From NCBI GenBank assembly GCA_964036045.1, contig OZ038378.1:199206001-199270000 (forward strand): a DNA stretch of 64,000 nt, in the 5' to 3' direction. The stretch's first letter is position 1; each line of letters begins with the position of its first letter. The notes beneath the pieces are model-generated. The model was not told where the DNA came from and ran no database searches. It saw nothing but the letters and a program-made list of their open reading frames with translations. Made by a program: the position numbers and the translations under genes. This document shows positions 10,841-22,800 of the stretch, piece after piece. Origin of the DNA: Eutreptiella sp. 'Long Island Sound 2002'. Its lineage: Eukaryota; Protista; Euglenida.

Positions 10841-13800
10841 ATCGAGGTGTTGGAGGAACGCCAAGGGGAGCTGAAGGAAGAGGATCTGTTGGCCATCTAT
10901 ACCTACTCCTACGAACTGAAGTCCAGGCAGGATCCCGCACAGTCTTGGGTGCATCAGATTTATCGAGACATGAATGCGTCCATGCGAAAGCGAGATGAGA
11001 CCGCACTCAACTTGTGGCGGCCGTTCATATTTCACCTGGACAAAGCCCTCGCCAAACTGAGTTGCTTCACGCAGACGCTGTGGCGGGGGGTGGGGGTCAC
11101 GTTTGATGACAGAGTGTACGCGCACGGCGAAATTGTGTCCTGGCCGGCATTCTCCTCCTCGTCGCTGGACATACGCGTCGCGCAGGACTTCTTCATGGGG
11201 AAGGAGCAGGAAGTCCGCGAGGGAGGCACGCTTTTCCTGCTCAAGACCAAGTACGGCCGCCGAGTCTACACCTACTCCAAATTCCCAGAGGAGCGGGAGG
11301 TCCTCTTCCCGTCCAACTCGACGTTCCGTGTCACGCGGCGGCTGACGAAGGAGGAGAAGTCGCAGTACAACACCACCATCGATATTGTGGAACTGGAGCA
11401 GGTCGACGAGCGAGAGTTCGCCCTGGATCCCGCCAGCATCGGGCGCATCGTCAGCTACATGCAAAAGAACCTGAACAGTGCCAGTCACCAGGAGCAGGGG
11501 TGCCGGGACCTCTGGCCGTTTGCTGAATCTCCCGAGCATCGTGTGCAATTCCTGGGCGATGGAGCTTTGACAGTGGTCGTGGAGGCCATGGGGCGCCACC
11601 CCTCCCACGTTGGGGTGCAGGAGCACGGCTGTGGCATCCTCTGCTTCCTCTGCGCCAACCTCACGGACCTCCCCCGTTTCATCAGTGCCGGGGCTGTGGA
11701 AGCGCTACAAAGCGCGGCGTTCCTGCACCAAGCGCACGCGGGCGTGGCGCAACAGGCGTGTACGGCGATGCGCCACTTGACAGCAGCCGGCGGATTCGGG
11801 TCGCTCGGGATCTCCGGCGACGTGGCTGCCATGGTCGTGGAGCTGATGCTCCGTCACGGTCAACAGTTGGGGGTCCAGACCGGGGGCTGCGGTGCCTTGC
11901 ACAACATAACGGGGCATGAATTGTCCGTTGGTGCAGATGGACTGCGGAAAGCTTGCCACGTGGTGGTCCAGGCCATGAAGCTGCACCCCGAAGACGCTGT
12001 CATCCAAGAGCATGGCTGTGGGGTGCTCTCACGCCTCGCTGCGGTGCCAGAGCCGTGGACCGACGGGGGCCAAGTGGAGGCAACGGGTCGTGTCCTGGAC
12101 GCGATGCTCAGTTTTGCAGATCGGGCGGTGCTGCAAGTGAGCGGCTGCGTAGCTGTCCACAGGCTGACTGCTGCGAGTGAGGCTCAACCGGCCGATGCCG
12201 AAAGGGGCATCGAGGCACTCAAGCGTGCCATGGAGACGTATCGCCAGGATGCCGCAGTCGCAGAATCCGCTTGCGGGTCCGTGACCTACTTCGCGCGCGC
12301 CGCAGCTCTGCAGGGGCTGATGTTGCACTCCGAACTGTTCCAGTGCATTGTGAAGGCCATGGGGGAGCACTTGGCAGTGCAAGGGGTGCAAGATCTGGGC
12401 TGTGGGGCATTGAATGAGCTGATGGCCTCAGGGGCTGAGGCGTCAGCCGCCGACATGGGCGCGGCGCTGGAAGTGGTCGTCAAAGCCATGCGGCAGCACC
12501 GCAGACACGCTGGTGTGCAACGGGAAGGCTGCACGTTTTTTGGGCGGTTTCTGGGCGGCGGCGGCGGTCTCGACGAGAGCCGTGGAGGGGAGATCCTTGA
12601 GCGCACGGTGGAGGCCATGCAGCACCACGGCACCAACGTCCGCATTCAGGAGTGCGGCTGTCACGTGCTGGCCAGGCTGGCGGCGGGGGACGCGAGGCAG
12701 GTCGTCAGCACTCGCAAGGCTGTCGCCGTTGGAGTGGTCCTCGCTGCCATGAGCCGGCACCCCTCCCAGGCGCTACTGCAGCAGCATTGCTGCGTCTTTT
12801 TCTCGATGGTCCCGGTGGACGCCTCCCATGGGCTCATGCAAGCCCTCAAGTCTCTCATCGAGGCTCTGCGCCTGCATCGCCATGTGGAAGGCGTGCAGCT
12901 TGCAGGTTGCAGTGCCCTGTGCAGTTGTGCCGCCGAGGCCTCTGCGAGCGTTGCAATGGTGGAAATGGGGGTGCTGGGGGTGATTGCGGGGGGCATGCAG
13001 GCGAACCGCGCGCATGCGGCCGTTCAGCTGCACAACTGCAAGGCACTCGCGATGCTTGGGCCCCACGTCACCGACCAGTCCGACATGACGTTCGTGGGCG
13101 CCGTCTCCATGATTTTGGACGCCATGGGCCGCTTTGAGGACGACGCTGGGCTTCAACGGAGTGCCTGTGAGGCTTTGCTTTCATTTCTGGGCGACCCCGC
13201 TCGATTACGCGATATGTTTTCGCAAAGCGTGCAGTCCACGTTGCATGCCATGAAGCTGCACCCCGAAGACGCTGTTATCCAAGAGCATGGCTGTGGGGTA
13301 CTCTCACGCCTCGCTGCGGTGCCAGAGCCGTGGACCGACGGGGGCCAAGTGGAGGCAACGGGTCGTGTCCTGGACGCAATGCTCAGTTTTGCAGATCGGG
13401 CGGTGCTGCAAGTGAGCGGCTGCGTAGCTGTCCACAGGCTGACTGCTGCGAGTGAGGCTCAACCGGCCGATGCCGAAAGGGGCATCGAGGCACTCAAGCG
13501 TGCCATGGAGACGTATCGCCAGGATGCCGCAGTCGCAGAATCCGCTTGCGGGTCCGTGACCTACTTCGCGCGCGCCGCAGCTCTGCAGGGGCTGATATTG
13601 CACTCCGAACTGTTCCAGTGCATTGTGAAGGCCATGGGGGAGCACTTGGCAGTGCAAGGGGTGCAAGATCTGGGCTGTGGGGCATTGAATGAGCTGATGG
13701 CCTCAGGGGCTGAGGTGTCAGCCGCCGACATGGGCGCGGCGCTGGAAGTGGTCGTCAAAGCCATGCGGCAGCACCGCAGACACGCTGGTGTGCAACGGGA

Positions 13801-16800
13801 AGGCTGCACGTTTTTCGGGCGGTTTCTGGGCGGCGGCGGCGGTCTCGACGAGAGCCGTGGAGGGGAGATCCTTGAGCGCACGGTGGAGGCCATGCAGCAC
13901 CACGGCACCAACGTCCGCATTCAGGAGTGCGGCTGTCACGTGCTGGCCAGGCTGGCGGCGGGGGACGCTGCACTGCCAGCGCTGCTGGCCCCCGACTCCA
14001 TGCAGGTGCTGCTCGACGCCATGGCGGCCCAATCCCAAAACGTGCCCCTGCTGCTGGACGGCTGCGGTGTCCTGGAGGCCCTCGCAAGCCATGCCCCGTC
14101 GCAACACCACATCGTCGCCAGCGGCGGCCCGGCCGCGATGGTGGCGGCGCTGCGCCAGCACCCGCTGGAGGAGGCCCTGCAGGAGTTGGGCTGCACGGCC
14201 CTGTGCCGTATCGCTGCGGCAGAAGGCGGTCCGGGGGCGCTGGCGGAGGCGGACGCCGCGCAGGCGCTGGTGGCGAGCATGGGGCAGTACCCAGGCCACG
14301 GGGCCATGCAGGCGCACGGCTGCCAGGCACTGCGGCTGCTCGCCCACTACGTCCAGCAGCGCAGCCCCACTACCCCTGCACCCGCGGCTGGCCATGCTCA
14401 CGTCTCGGTGGAGGCGGCCTCCCGGGAACAGGTCACGGGTGCTCACGAAGCCGCTCCTCCGGCCGAAGCCCCAGAGCCCATCCAGCCACCGCTGCCCAAC
14501 ATGTCAGGCGCCGTCCGTGTGCTCCTGGCTGCTCTGCAGCAGCACCCCGAGCAGCCGAGCCTTGCCGAGGACGTGTGCCGCGCGCTCGGGCACCTCCTTG
14601 TTGATCCTCGCACGGCCCCCGCGTTGGTGGAGGCCGGGGCTGTGGACCACCTGCTGGGCCTCATGCGCAGCTCCCTCGCAGCCAGGCCCCTGCTGGAGGC
14701 CGCCACGGCGGTCCTGTGCGTGGTGCTCGAGGACGTGCCGGCCGTGGCGGGCCCACTCGCTGCTTCAGGGGCCGTATCGCTCACTGTGAGCACGCTCCAG
14801 CGGCACAAGGACAGTGGGGACCTGCAGCAGCACGGCTGTCGGATGCTGCGGGTGCTGCTGGACCCTGCCCTGACTGGGGCTGGAGCTTTTGCGGAACAGG
14901 CAGTGGAGACCGTCCTGCAGGCGATGTGGCGCCACCCGGACCGCTCCCAGCTGCAGGCGGCGGCCTGTGGCATCCTCCGCGCGGTGTCCTCGGCGGGCAA
15001 TGGTGTTGAGCTCTTGGCCACAGCGGGGGCGATCCGCCCCGTGACGGGGGCTATGCAGCGCCACCCGCAGGAAAGCGACATCCAGGAGCCCGGGTGTGCG
15101 CTTCTTGGCCAATTTGTGGCCGTCGACCGGTTAATCGCACGCGTCCTGGAGGCCGGAGGTGTACAGGCGATCCTCCAGGCGATGCAGCAGCAGCCGCACG
15201 CGACCGGCGTGCAGGCGACGGGCTGCGCGGCGCTGCAGCGGCTGGCGGGGCACGTCGCACTGTGGTCGGGCGCCGAAGGCCTGGACGCGGGAGTGGCGCT
15301 GCTGGAGGTACTCCGCGTGCACGTGACCGATGCCGCCATTCCGGGGGCCGCGTGCGCCGTCCTCTGCCGGCTGGCCGCCGCAGCTCCGGACCTGCAACCG
15401 CGCCTGGCCGCCCCAGAGGCCCTGCAGTCGGTCCTCGGGGCCCTTCAGACGCCGGCCCCGAGCCCCGAGCTGCTGGCGGACGGCTGCGCGCTGCTGTGCC
15501 TGGTCCTGGGCGGCCGGGAGGGCGACTCCCCGGCCCCGGCGCTGCCGCCGCGGCTGCTGGGGGACCTGTGCGCTGTGGGGCTGGCGGCGCTGCAGTGCAG
15601 CCCCGCGCCGGAGGGCCCACAGGCGGCGGCCTGCACCCTGCTGGCGATCCTCAGCGGCACCGGGGCCGGCCGGCAGACGATCTGCCGCCTGGGCGCGGCG
15701 GGGCCTGTGCTGCAGGCCATGGCGCAGGGCGGCGCCGCTCTGGGGCTGCAGCGGGCCGCCTGCCGGCTGCTGTACCACCTCCGTGACTGCCTCTGGCCCG
15801 GCCCCCCGCCGCCCGCCCTCGAGCCCGTGGTCGCGCCCCCCGAGCCCCGCGGCACGTCCCCGCCCTCATCCCCCCGCCCGCCCCTGTCTCCGCGCCCCGG
15901 TGCGTGCCCCCCCGCTCCCCCCGTGGGCAGCGCCCTGGTGCTGGTGGTGCAGGCGCTGCACCGCCACCCCGACTGCGAGCGGCTGCAGATGTACGGGACC
16001 GGGGTCCTGCTTGGCCTGCGCGCCCACGCGGAGGCCTGGCGGCTGCTGCCGGAGGCGGTGCCGGCGCTCGTGGACGGGATGCGGCGGCACGGGCCCAGTG
16101 CGGTGGTGCAGGCGCACGCGTGCAGCCTCCTGGCGCTGCTGGCGGCGGAGCCCGCGCTCTGCGGCCGCATTGCGGTCGCCGGGGGCGTCGCCGCCGTCTG
16201 CGGGGCCATGGGGCAGCACGCGGCCGACCCGGCGCTGCAGGAGTCGGGCTGCGCGGCCCTGCAGCACTTGGCCAGCCCCGGCGGCGCGGACGGCGACGAG
16301 GCGGCCGCGCGCGCGGTCCTGCAGGCGATGCGGGGCCACCGCGGGCACGCCCTGTGCCAAGAGCAGGCGTGCACGGCCCTGTGGGCCTGGGCGGAGGACG
16401 GCGAGCGCCGGGCGGCGCTGCGGCGGGAGGGCGCCCTCGAGGCCGTGCAGGAGACCCTCGCGCACAACACTGAGCCGGAGCGGCTGCAGAGCCTCGCGCT
16501 GCGGGCCCTGGCGCGCCTCACGCTCGCCGGGGCCGACGGCCTGAAAGCCGCCGCGCGTGCTGACCTCGTCCTGCAGGCGATGCGGGCCTACGGGGGCAGC
16601 GCCGCCGTGCAGGCGCACGCGGCCGGCGTCCTGTGGCACGCGGCGCTCGCGGAGGGCGGGGCCGGGCCCGTGGTTGCGGCGGGGGCCGTGGAGGTGCTCG
16701 TGGTGGCGCTGCGGGCGCACGCCGAGCCACCGAAGCTGCACGTGCATGCCTGCGGGGCCCTGGGGTGCGTTGCCGCCCACGGCCATGCGGCAGGTGTGGC

Positions 16801-19800
16801 TGCGGCGGGGGGTCTGTTGGCGGTGCTGAGCTCACTGGACCGGCACCAGGGGGATGCACTGGTGGTCGAGGAGGGCTTGGGGCTGCTGCGGGCGCTGGTG
16901 GAGCTGCGGGCACAGGAGCTGGTGGCGGCGGATGGGGTCCGGGTGGTGGTGCGGGCGATGCGGAGGCACGGCGCGGAGGGGGCCCTGCAGGCCCAGGGCT
17001 GTGCGGTGCTCGGGCAGCTCATGCTGCTGGGGGTCGAGGCCGGGCTGCTGGCGGAGGCGGGGGCCATGGGGGCCGTTGCAGAGGCGCTTGCCGCTCACGC
17101 GGACCGGGCGGAGCTCCCGAGCGTCGGGCTGGAGGTGCTCCGGGCCCTCACCGCCGCCCCGCAGCACTGCTCCGCGGCAGACACGCCGGTCGTGTGCAAG
17201 GCCGTGCTGCGCGGGATGCGGGCCTCCCCCGGGGACGCCGCTCTGCAGGCCAAGGGCTGCACCGCCGCACACCACCTGAGCCGCGCGCCCGGCAGAGCGC
17301 CTGCAGTGGCCGAGACCGGTCTGATCTCGGCGATGCTCGGGGCAATGGGGCAGCACGCGGCTGACGCCTGCGTCCAGGAGCAGGCGTGCGGCGCCATATG
17401 GCACCTCAGCCTGGACGCCGGCAGCCAGGGGCGGGTGGCCGGGGCCGGGGCACACGCGGGGGTGCTGCGCGCCATGCAGGGGCACCGGGGGCGTCCGGGG
17501 GTGCAGCAGGCGGGCTGCGGGGTGCTGCAGGGCCTGGCGGCGGCGCCGGACTCCCTGTCCCTGCTGCTGGCAGCGGGGGCCGTGCGCGCCGTCGCGGAGG
17601 CCCTCCAGGCGCATGCGGCGCACCTCGGCGTGCAGGTGCAGGGCATGGCGGCCCTGCACGCCCTGGCGCTCACGCCCGAGGGGGCCCAGGCAGTGGGAAG
17701 GGCCCAGGGCGCCGAGCTGGCGCTGCAGGCCATGCTCGGGCACCGCGCCGAGCTGCCGGCGCAGGAGACGGGGTGTCGGCTGCTGCAGGCCCTGGCGGGC
17801 GAGGGGGCGTGGCACGAGACCCCGCGGGACTGCGGGCTCGAGGCGGTGCTCGCCGCCGCGCAGCGGTTCCCGGACGCCCCCGCGCTGCTGCGGGCGGTGT
17901 GTGGGGTGCTGGGCTGGCTGCCAGCCCGGGGCGACGCGGCCGCACCGGCGCCTGAGCTGGAGGCCGTGCTGGGGATGCTGCGGCGCCACCCGGCGGACCG
18001 GGCCCTGCAGGAGGCGGGGCTGCACGCGCTGCACGGCCTCGTCCCGGGCCCGTGCGCGCCCGCGGGCGTGCCTTCGGAGGCGATCGGCCACGCGGTGGTG
18101 GCGAGCATGCGCCTCGGCCCCGACTGTCCGGGCGTCCAAGAGCGGGGCTGCCGTGTGCTGCGCCGCCTCCTGGGGGCCCCACAGGGGCAGGAGGCGGTGC
18201 TGCAGACCGGCGCGCTGGCGCTGGTGTGGGCCGCGCTGCGGCGGCACCCCGCGCATGCGGCGCTGCAGGAGGCGGGGTGCGACGTGCTGGCGGCCCTGGA
18301 CCTGACGCACGTGGCACGCCCCGCGTCCCAGACCGACGACACCGTCGCGGGCCTCGTCAGCGCCATGCGGCACCACATTGCGGACGCGCGGTTCCTCGAG
18401 CGCGCGTGCGACGCCGTGCGGGCCCTGGCGCGCGAGGACGCGTGGCAGCAGCAGTTGCTCGGGGCCGGGGCCCTGGACGTCGTCACAGAGGGGCTGCAGA
18501 TGCATCTGGGGTCCCCGGAGCTGCAGGAGCACGCGACGGCCGCGCTTGTGTGCCTGTCCCGCCCGCCGGGGCTGGCGGCGCCGGGGGTGGCGTTCGTTGA
18601 GGCCGTGATCGCCGCGATGGACCGCAACTGCACGCACGCTGCCGTGCAGGCGAACGGCTGCGCGGTCCTCGCGCACGCGGCGGCCGCCGTGGGGGCCTCT
18701 GAGGAGCTCTGCACCGCCGCGGCCGCGTGCGCTGTGGCGGCGCTGGCTCATCACGCCGCAGCGGTGGATGTGGTGTGTCAGGCCATGACCGCCCTCAGTT
18801 GTGCCGCGGGCCCGGCCCTCGCCTCGTGGCCTGTCGGGGAGGTTGAGGCTGCGGCGTTGGTTGCAGCCTTTGCGCGGCATGCGGCGCACCCCGGCGTCCA
18901 CCTCCACGGGTGCCGCGCCCTCCGCTGCCTCGCGCAGAGCCCAGGCGCGCGGGCGGCGCTGACGGCCAAGGGCGCCGGTGGTGCGGTCCTGCAGGCAATG
19001 GCACGGCACCTCCCGCAGGTCGACCTGCAGGAGGCGGCCTGCAGGGCGCTGCAGGCGCTTCTGGAGGACCCGGCCCTGCTGGGGTGGGTCGCAGGCGCGG
19101 ACGCGCTCCAGGGGGTCCTCCAGGCGCTGCACCGGCATCCCGCCCAGGCCGGGCTGCAGCACCAGGGCCTTGCGGTGCTGTGCCGCATGGCGGCGGCCCC
19201 GGCCGCGGTCCCCCGCCTGAGGGCGGCGGGGGCGTGCCTTGTGGCCCGGCGCAGTGTGGAGCAGGCCCCTGACCACGAGTTGGTGCGGCAGGAGGGCGAA
19301 CGCCTGCTGTGGGCGCTACGGGAGGCGGGGGCCGGGGTCGGGGCCAGGACAGGGCTCCAGGCAGACTTCCAGCTGATCGTGGCGACGATGCAGCAGCATC
19401 CGTCCGTGCAGCTGATCCAGGCCGACGCGGTCCAGGCCCTGCTCATGTTCTCGGGCGACAGCGAGTGCTGCCGTGCCATGGCCACCCGGGCCATAGCGGA
19501 GGCGATGTCGAAGGCAATGGCCCGGGGGGGCAAGCACCGCCACGTGCAGGCGGGCGGCTGCCGCCTGCTCAACCGCCTGCTGGACCAGGGGCTGCAGGAC
19601 CTGGACCTCGGCCTTGCCCTGACCGGGGGCCTCAAGATGATGCAGGGGCACCCCCTTGACGCGGAGGTCCAGGCGGAGGGCTCCCAGTTGCTGTGCCGTC
19701 TGAGCCACGCCGCTGGGGAGCTGGCCGAGCCGTCGCGGGTTCGCAGCGTCACGGCGGTGATGAAGGCCCTGCAGGGGCACCCGCTCAGCGGGCCCGTGCA

Positions 19801-22800
19801 GATGTGGGGCAGCCAGGTGCTGTCGCATGTGGCGGAGGCCCCGGAGCTGTGCCCGGGCCTGCGGGAGGCGGGGGCGGGGCTGGCGCTCCTGGACGCGCTA
19901 GCGCGGCATGCGGCCGCGGCGGAGGTCGTGCGCGCGGCCGCCGCGGCCCTGGGCCTCCTCATCGCGGCCGAGCCCGCGGCGTACCCCGGCGCGTGGGAGG
20001 CGCTGGCGGCGGCGCTGCAGCGCCACGCCGGCGACGCGGGGGTCGTGCAGCACTGCTGCGCCGCCCTCTGCCCCCTCACCGGCGGGGGCTTGGGGTTGGC
20101 GGCCGCCGTCGTGGCGGAGCTGGTGCCTCCGGTCCTGGACGGACTGCACCAGCAGCCCCACGACCCCGACGTGCAGGCCCAGGGCTGCCGCCTCCTGTGC
20201 AGCCTGGGGCCTGCTGCCGTGGGGGGCCACGCCGTCGCCCACCCCGAGCGGTGGGTCGCCCTGCTCGACACCCTCCGCGCCTCCTGCGCGGAGGCCGCGC
20301 AGGAGGAGGTGTGCAGCCTCGTGCATACCTTGGCCCTGACCCCGGCCGGTGCCCCGTGCCTGGCAGAGGCCGCAGTGCAGACCGCCGTCGAGGGGATGCG
20401 CAGGCACACGCCCGCCGTCGGCGTGCAGGAAAAGGGCTGCGAGGCACTCCTCGCCTGGGCAGAGCGAGCCCTGGACGCGGCGGCGGCGGGGGGGGGCGTC
20501 GGGGCGGTGGTGGCAGCCATGCAGCAGCACCCGGCGCAGGCCTCGCTGCAGGAGCTGGGCTGCCGCGCCTTGCGGGCGCTCCTACCGGTGGCCGATGCCC
20601 CGCTGGAGGTGCACGGCAATGGGGCCTTCACCCTCGGGAGTGCCGCCGGGGGCCTGGCCCTCAGGCCGGCGGCGGAGACGCCCGACGTGAAGGTGCTGGC
20701 GGCGGTGGTGCAGGCGATGCAGCTGCAGCCCACGCACAGGGACCTGCAGGCCTTGGGCTGCGGGCTGCTGCGGGACCTGCTGGGGTCCGCCGAGTGCCGG
20801 GTCTGGTGCGGTGTGGAGGGGCCCGGGGCGGCGGTCTTGGCCTCGGTGCTGCAGCGGTACCCGCAGTGCCCGGCCACGCAGGGCCCCGGCAGCCAGGCGC
20901 TGTGCCTCCTGGCGGCCGAGCGTGCGGCGCACGCGGCGCTCTGGGCGGCGCAGGGGGTGGAGGCTGTGCGCACCGTCCTGCGGTGCGGGGACGCACGCAC
21001 GCAGTGCAATGGCTGTGGCGCAGTCGCGAATCTTGCGGCCGGGCCTGAGGCCGCCCTCCGCCTCGTCGCTGCCGGGGTTCGGGGCGACGTCGCTGGCGCC
21101 ATGTCGCGCGCGCTGCGGCAGCCGGAGGTGCAGCTGCTGGGCTGTATCGCCCTCTGGAAGCTTGGCGCAGCCACCAACACCCCGATGGCGCCAGCCCCCG
21201 AGACCGCGGTATTGGCGGCCGTGGTCGCGGCCATGCAGGCGCATCCTACCGACTGCAGCCTCCAGGGCCACGCCTGCCACGCTCTGCTGTCCTTCTTGGG
21301 AGCCAGTCGTGATGTCCTGGATCAGACACCAGCAGTCGTCACGCTGGTGCTCGCCGCCATGCGGGCGCACCCTGCAGACCCCCGCGTGCAGGAGAAGGGC
21401 TGCCAGGTGCTGCTCGAGGTTCGTGGACAAGGGCCGGGCCCCGGGGCGGCGGCGGCAGTCGATGGTGGGGCTCTGGAGGTTGTGGTTGCGGGGATGTACG
21501 AGCACGCGGCGCACGCGGCCATCCAGGAGGCGGCCTGCGGGGTCCTGCTTTGGCTGGTGGGCCTGCCGGCGCTGGAGGAGTGGTCGTTGACGGCCACCGT
21601 CACACTGCCGGTGCAGCGGGCGCTGGCGCGGCACCCTGGGTCGCGCGCGCTGCAGGACGTCGGCACGACGCTGCTGGCGCGCTTTGGGTTGCCGCCGCCG
21701 AACCCAGCGACACCAGTGACTTATGGTCTCACGACCGTGATCCAGGAAATGGAGCAGCCGCAGGCGAGCGCGGGCACTCTGGCGCTGGCCTGCCGCATTG
21801 TGCAGCACCTTGCGGACACCGATGCCCTCTGTCCCCAGGAAGTTGGCCGGGCCATGCGGCTCGTCGCCGAGGCGATGCAGCGGCATCCGCGTGATGCAGC
21901 GCTGGCGGAGCACGCCTGCCGGGCCCTGGGGGCTCTCGCCAGCCACGCGGACGCTGCGGACCGGACGCCGGCGGTGGAAACCGTTGTGGGGGTGATGCAG
22001 CTGCACATGGACCGGCCGGGCGTGCAGGAGGAGGGCTGCCGGGCCCTGCACCGGCTCCTGTCGCCGCCGCACCCGCAGCCGGGGGTGCCGCGCGCGGTCG
22101 AGGCGGTGCTGGGCGCCATGCGGCGCTTCGAGGACTGCGCGCGAGTGCAGGAGCACGGTGCTGCTGCAATGCTCGGACTGGTGGCCCTGGGGGCCGATGC
22201 TGGGCCCGGGGCCGAGCCCCTCATCGAGGCGGGGGCGCTGCGGGTGCTGGCGCAGGCCATGACGCAGCACGCGGAGGACGCCGGCGTGCAGCAGCAGTGC
22301 TGCCGCGCCCTGCGCACCCTGGGGGCGCAGCGCGGCCCCAACCTCAGGGCCGCGGTGATGCAGGCGCTGCAGCGCCACACAGACCACTGGCTGCTGCAGG
22401 CAGACGGCTGTGCGGTCCTGCGGGCGCTCGCCGGGGGCTGGGCCGCGGCGCCGGGGGCGGCCGCGTGCGCGCTGGGGCTGGCGGTTGCGGCCGTGACGCG
22501 ACACGGGGCGCGGCGCAGCGTTGTGGTGGAGGCCTGCTGGCTGGCCGTGCGGATTGCGGGGAAGGAGGGCGTGCCCGTGGAGGCGGAGGAGGCGCGCGGT
22601 CTGGCAGAGGGGGTCCTGCGGGCGCTGCGGGCCCACCCCCACGACGAAGCCCTGCAGGAGGCGGGCTTTGCAGCGCTGGAGGCGGTGCCGGTCCTGGGGG
22701 CGGGCGCCGCGACGCGCATCGCCGCTGCCCTAGCGGAGGCCCTGCAGCAGTATGCCTCCAACACTGCCCTCCTGTCCTACGGTCTGGGGGCCCTCTTGGG

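Noticed and set aside
10847-10849. GTG start assigned by the ORF track
   Set aside because: It lies 6 nt inside an exon that begins after a strong splice acceptor at 10840.
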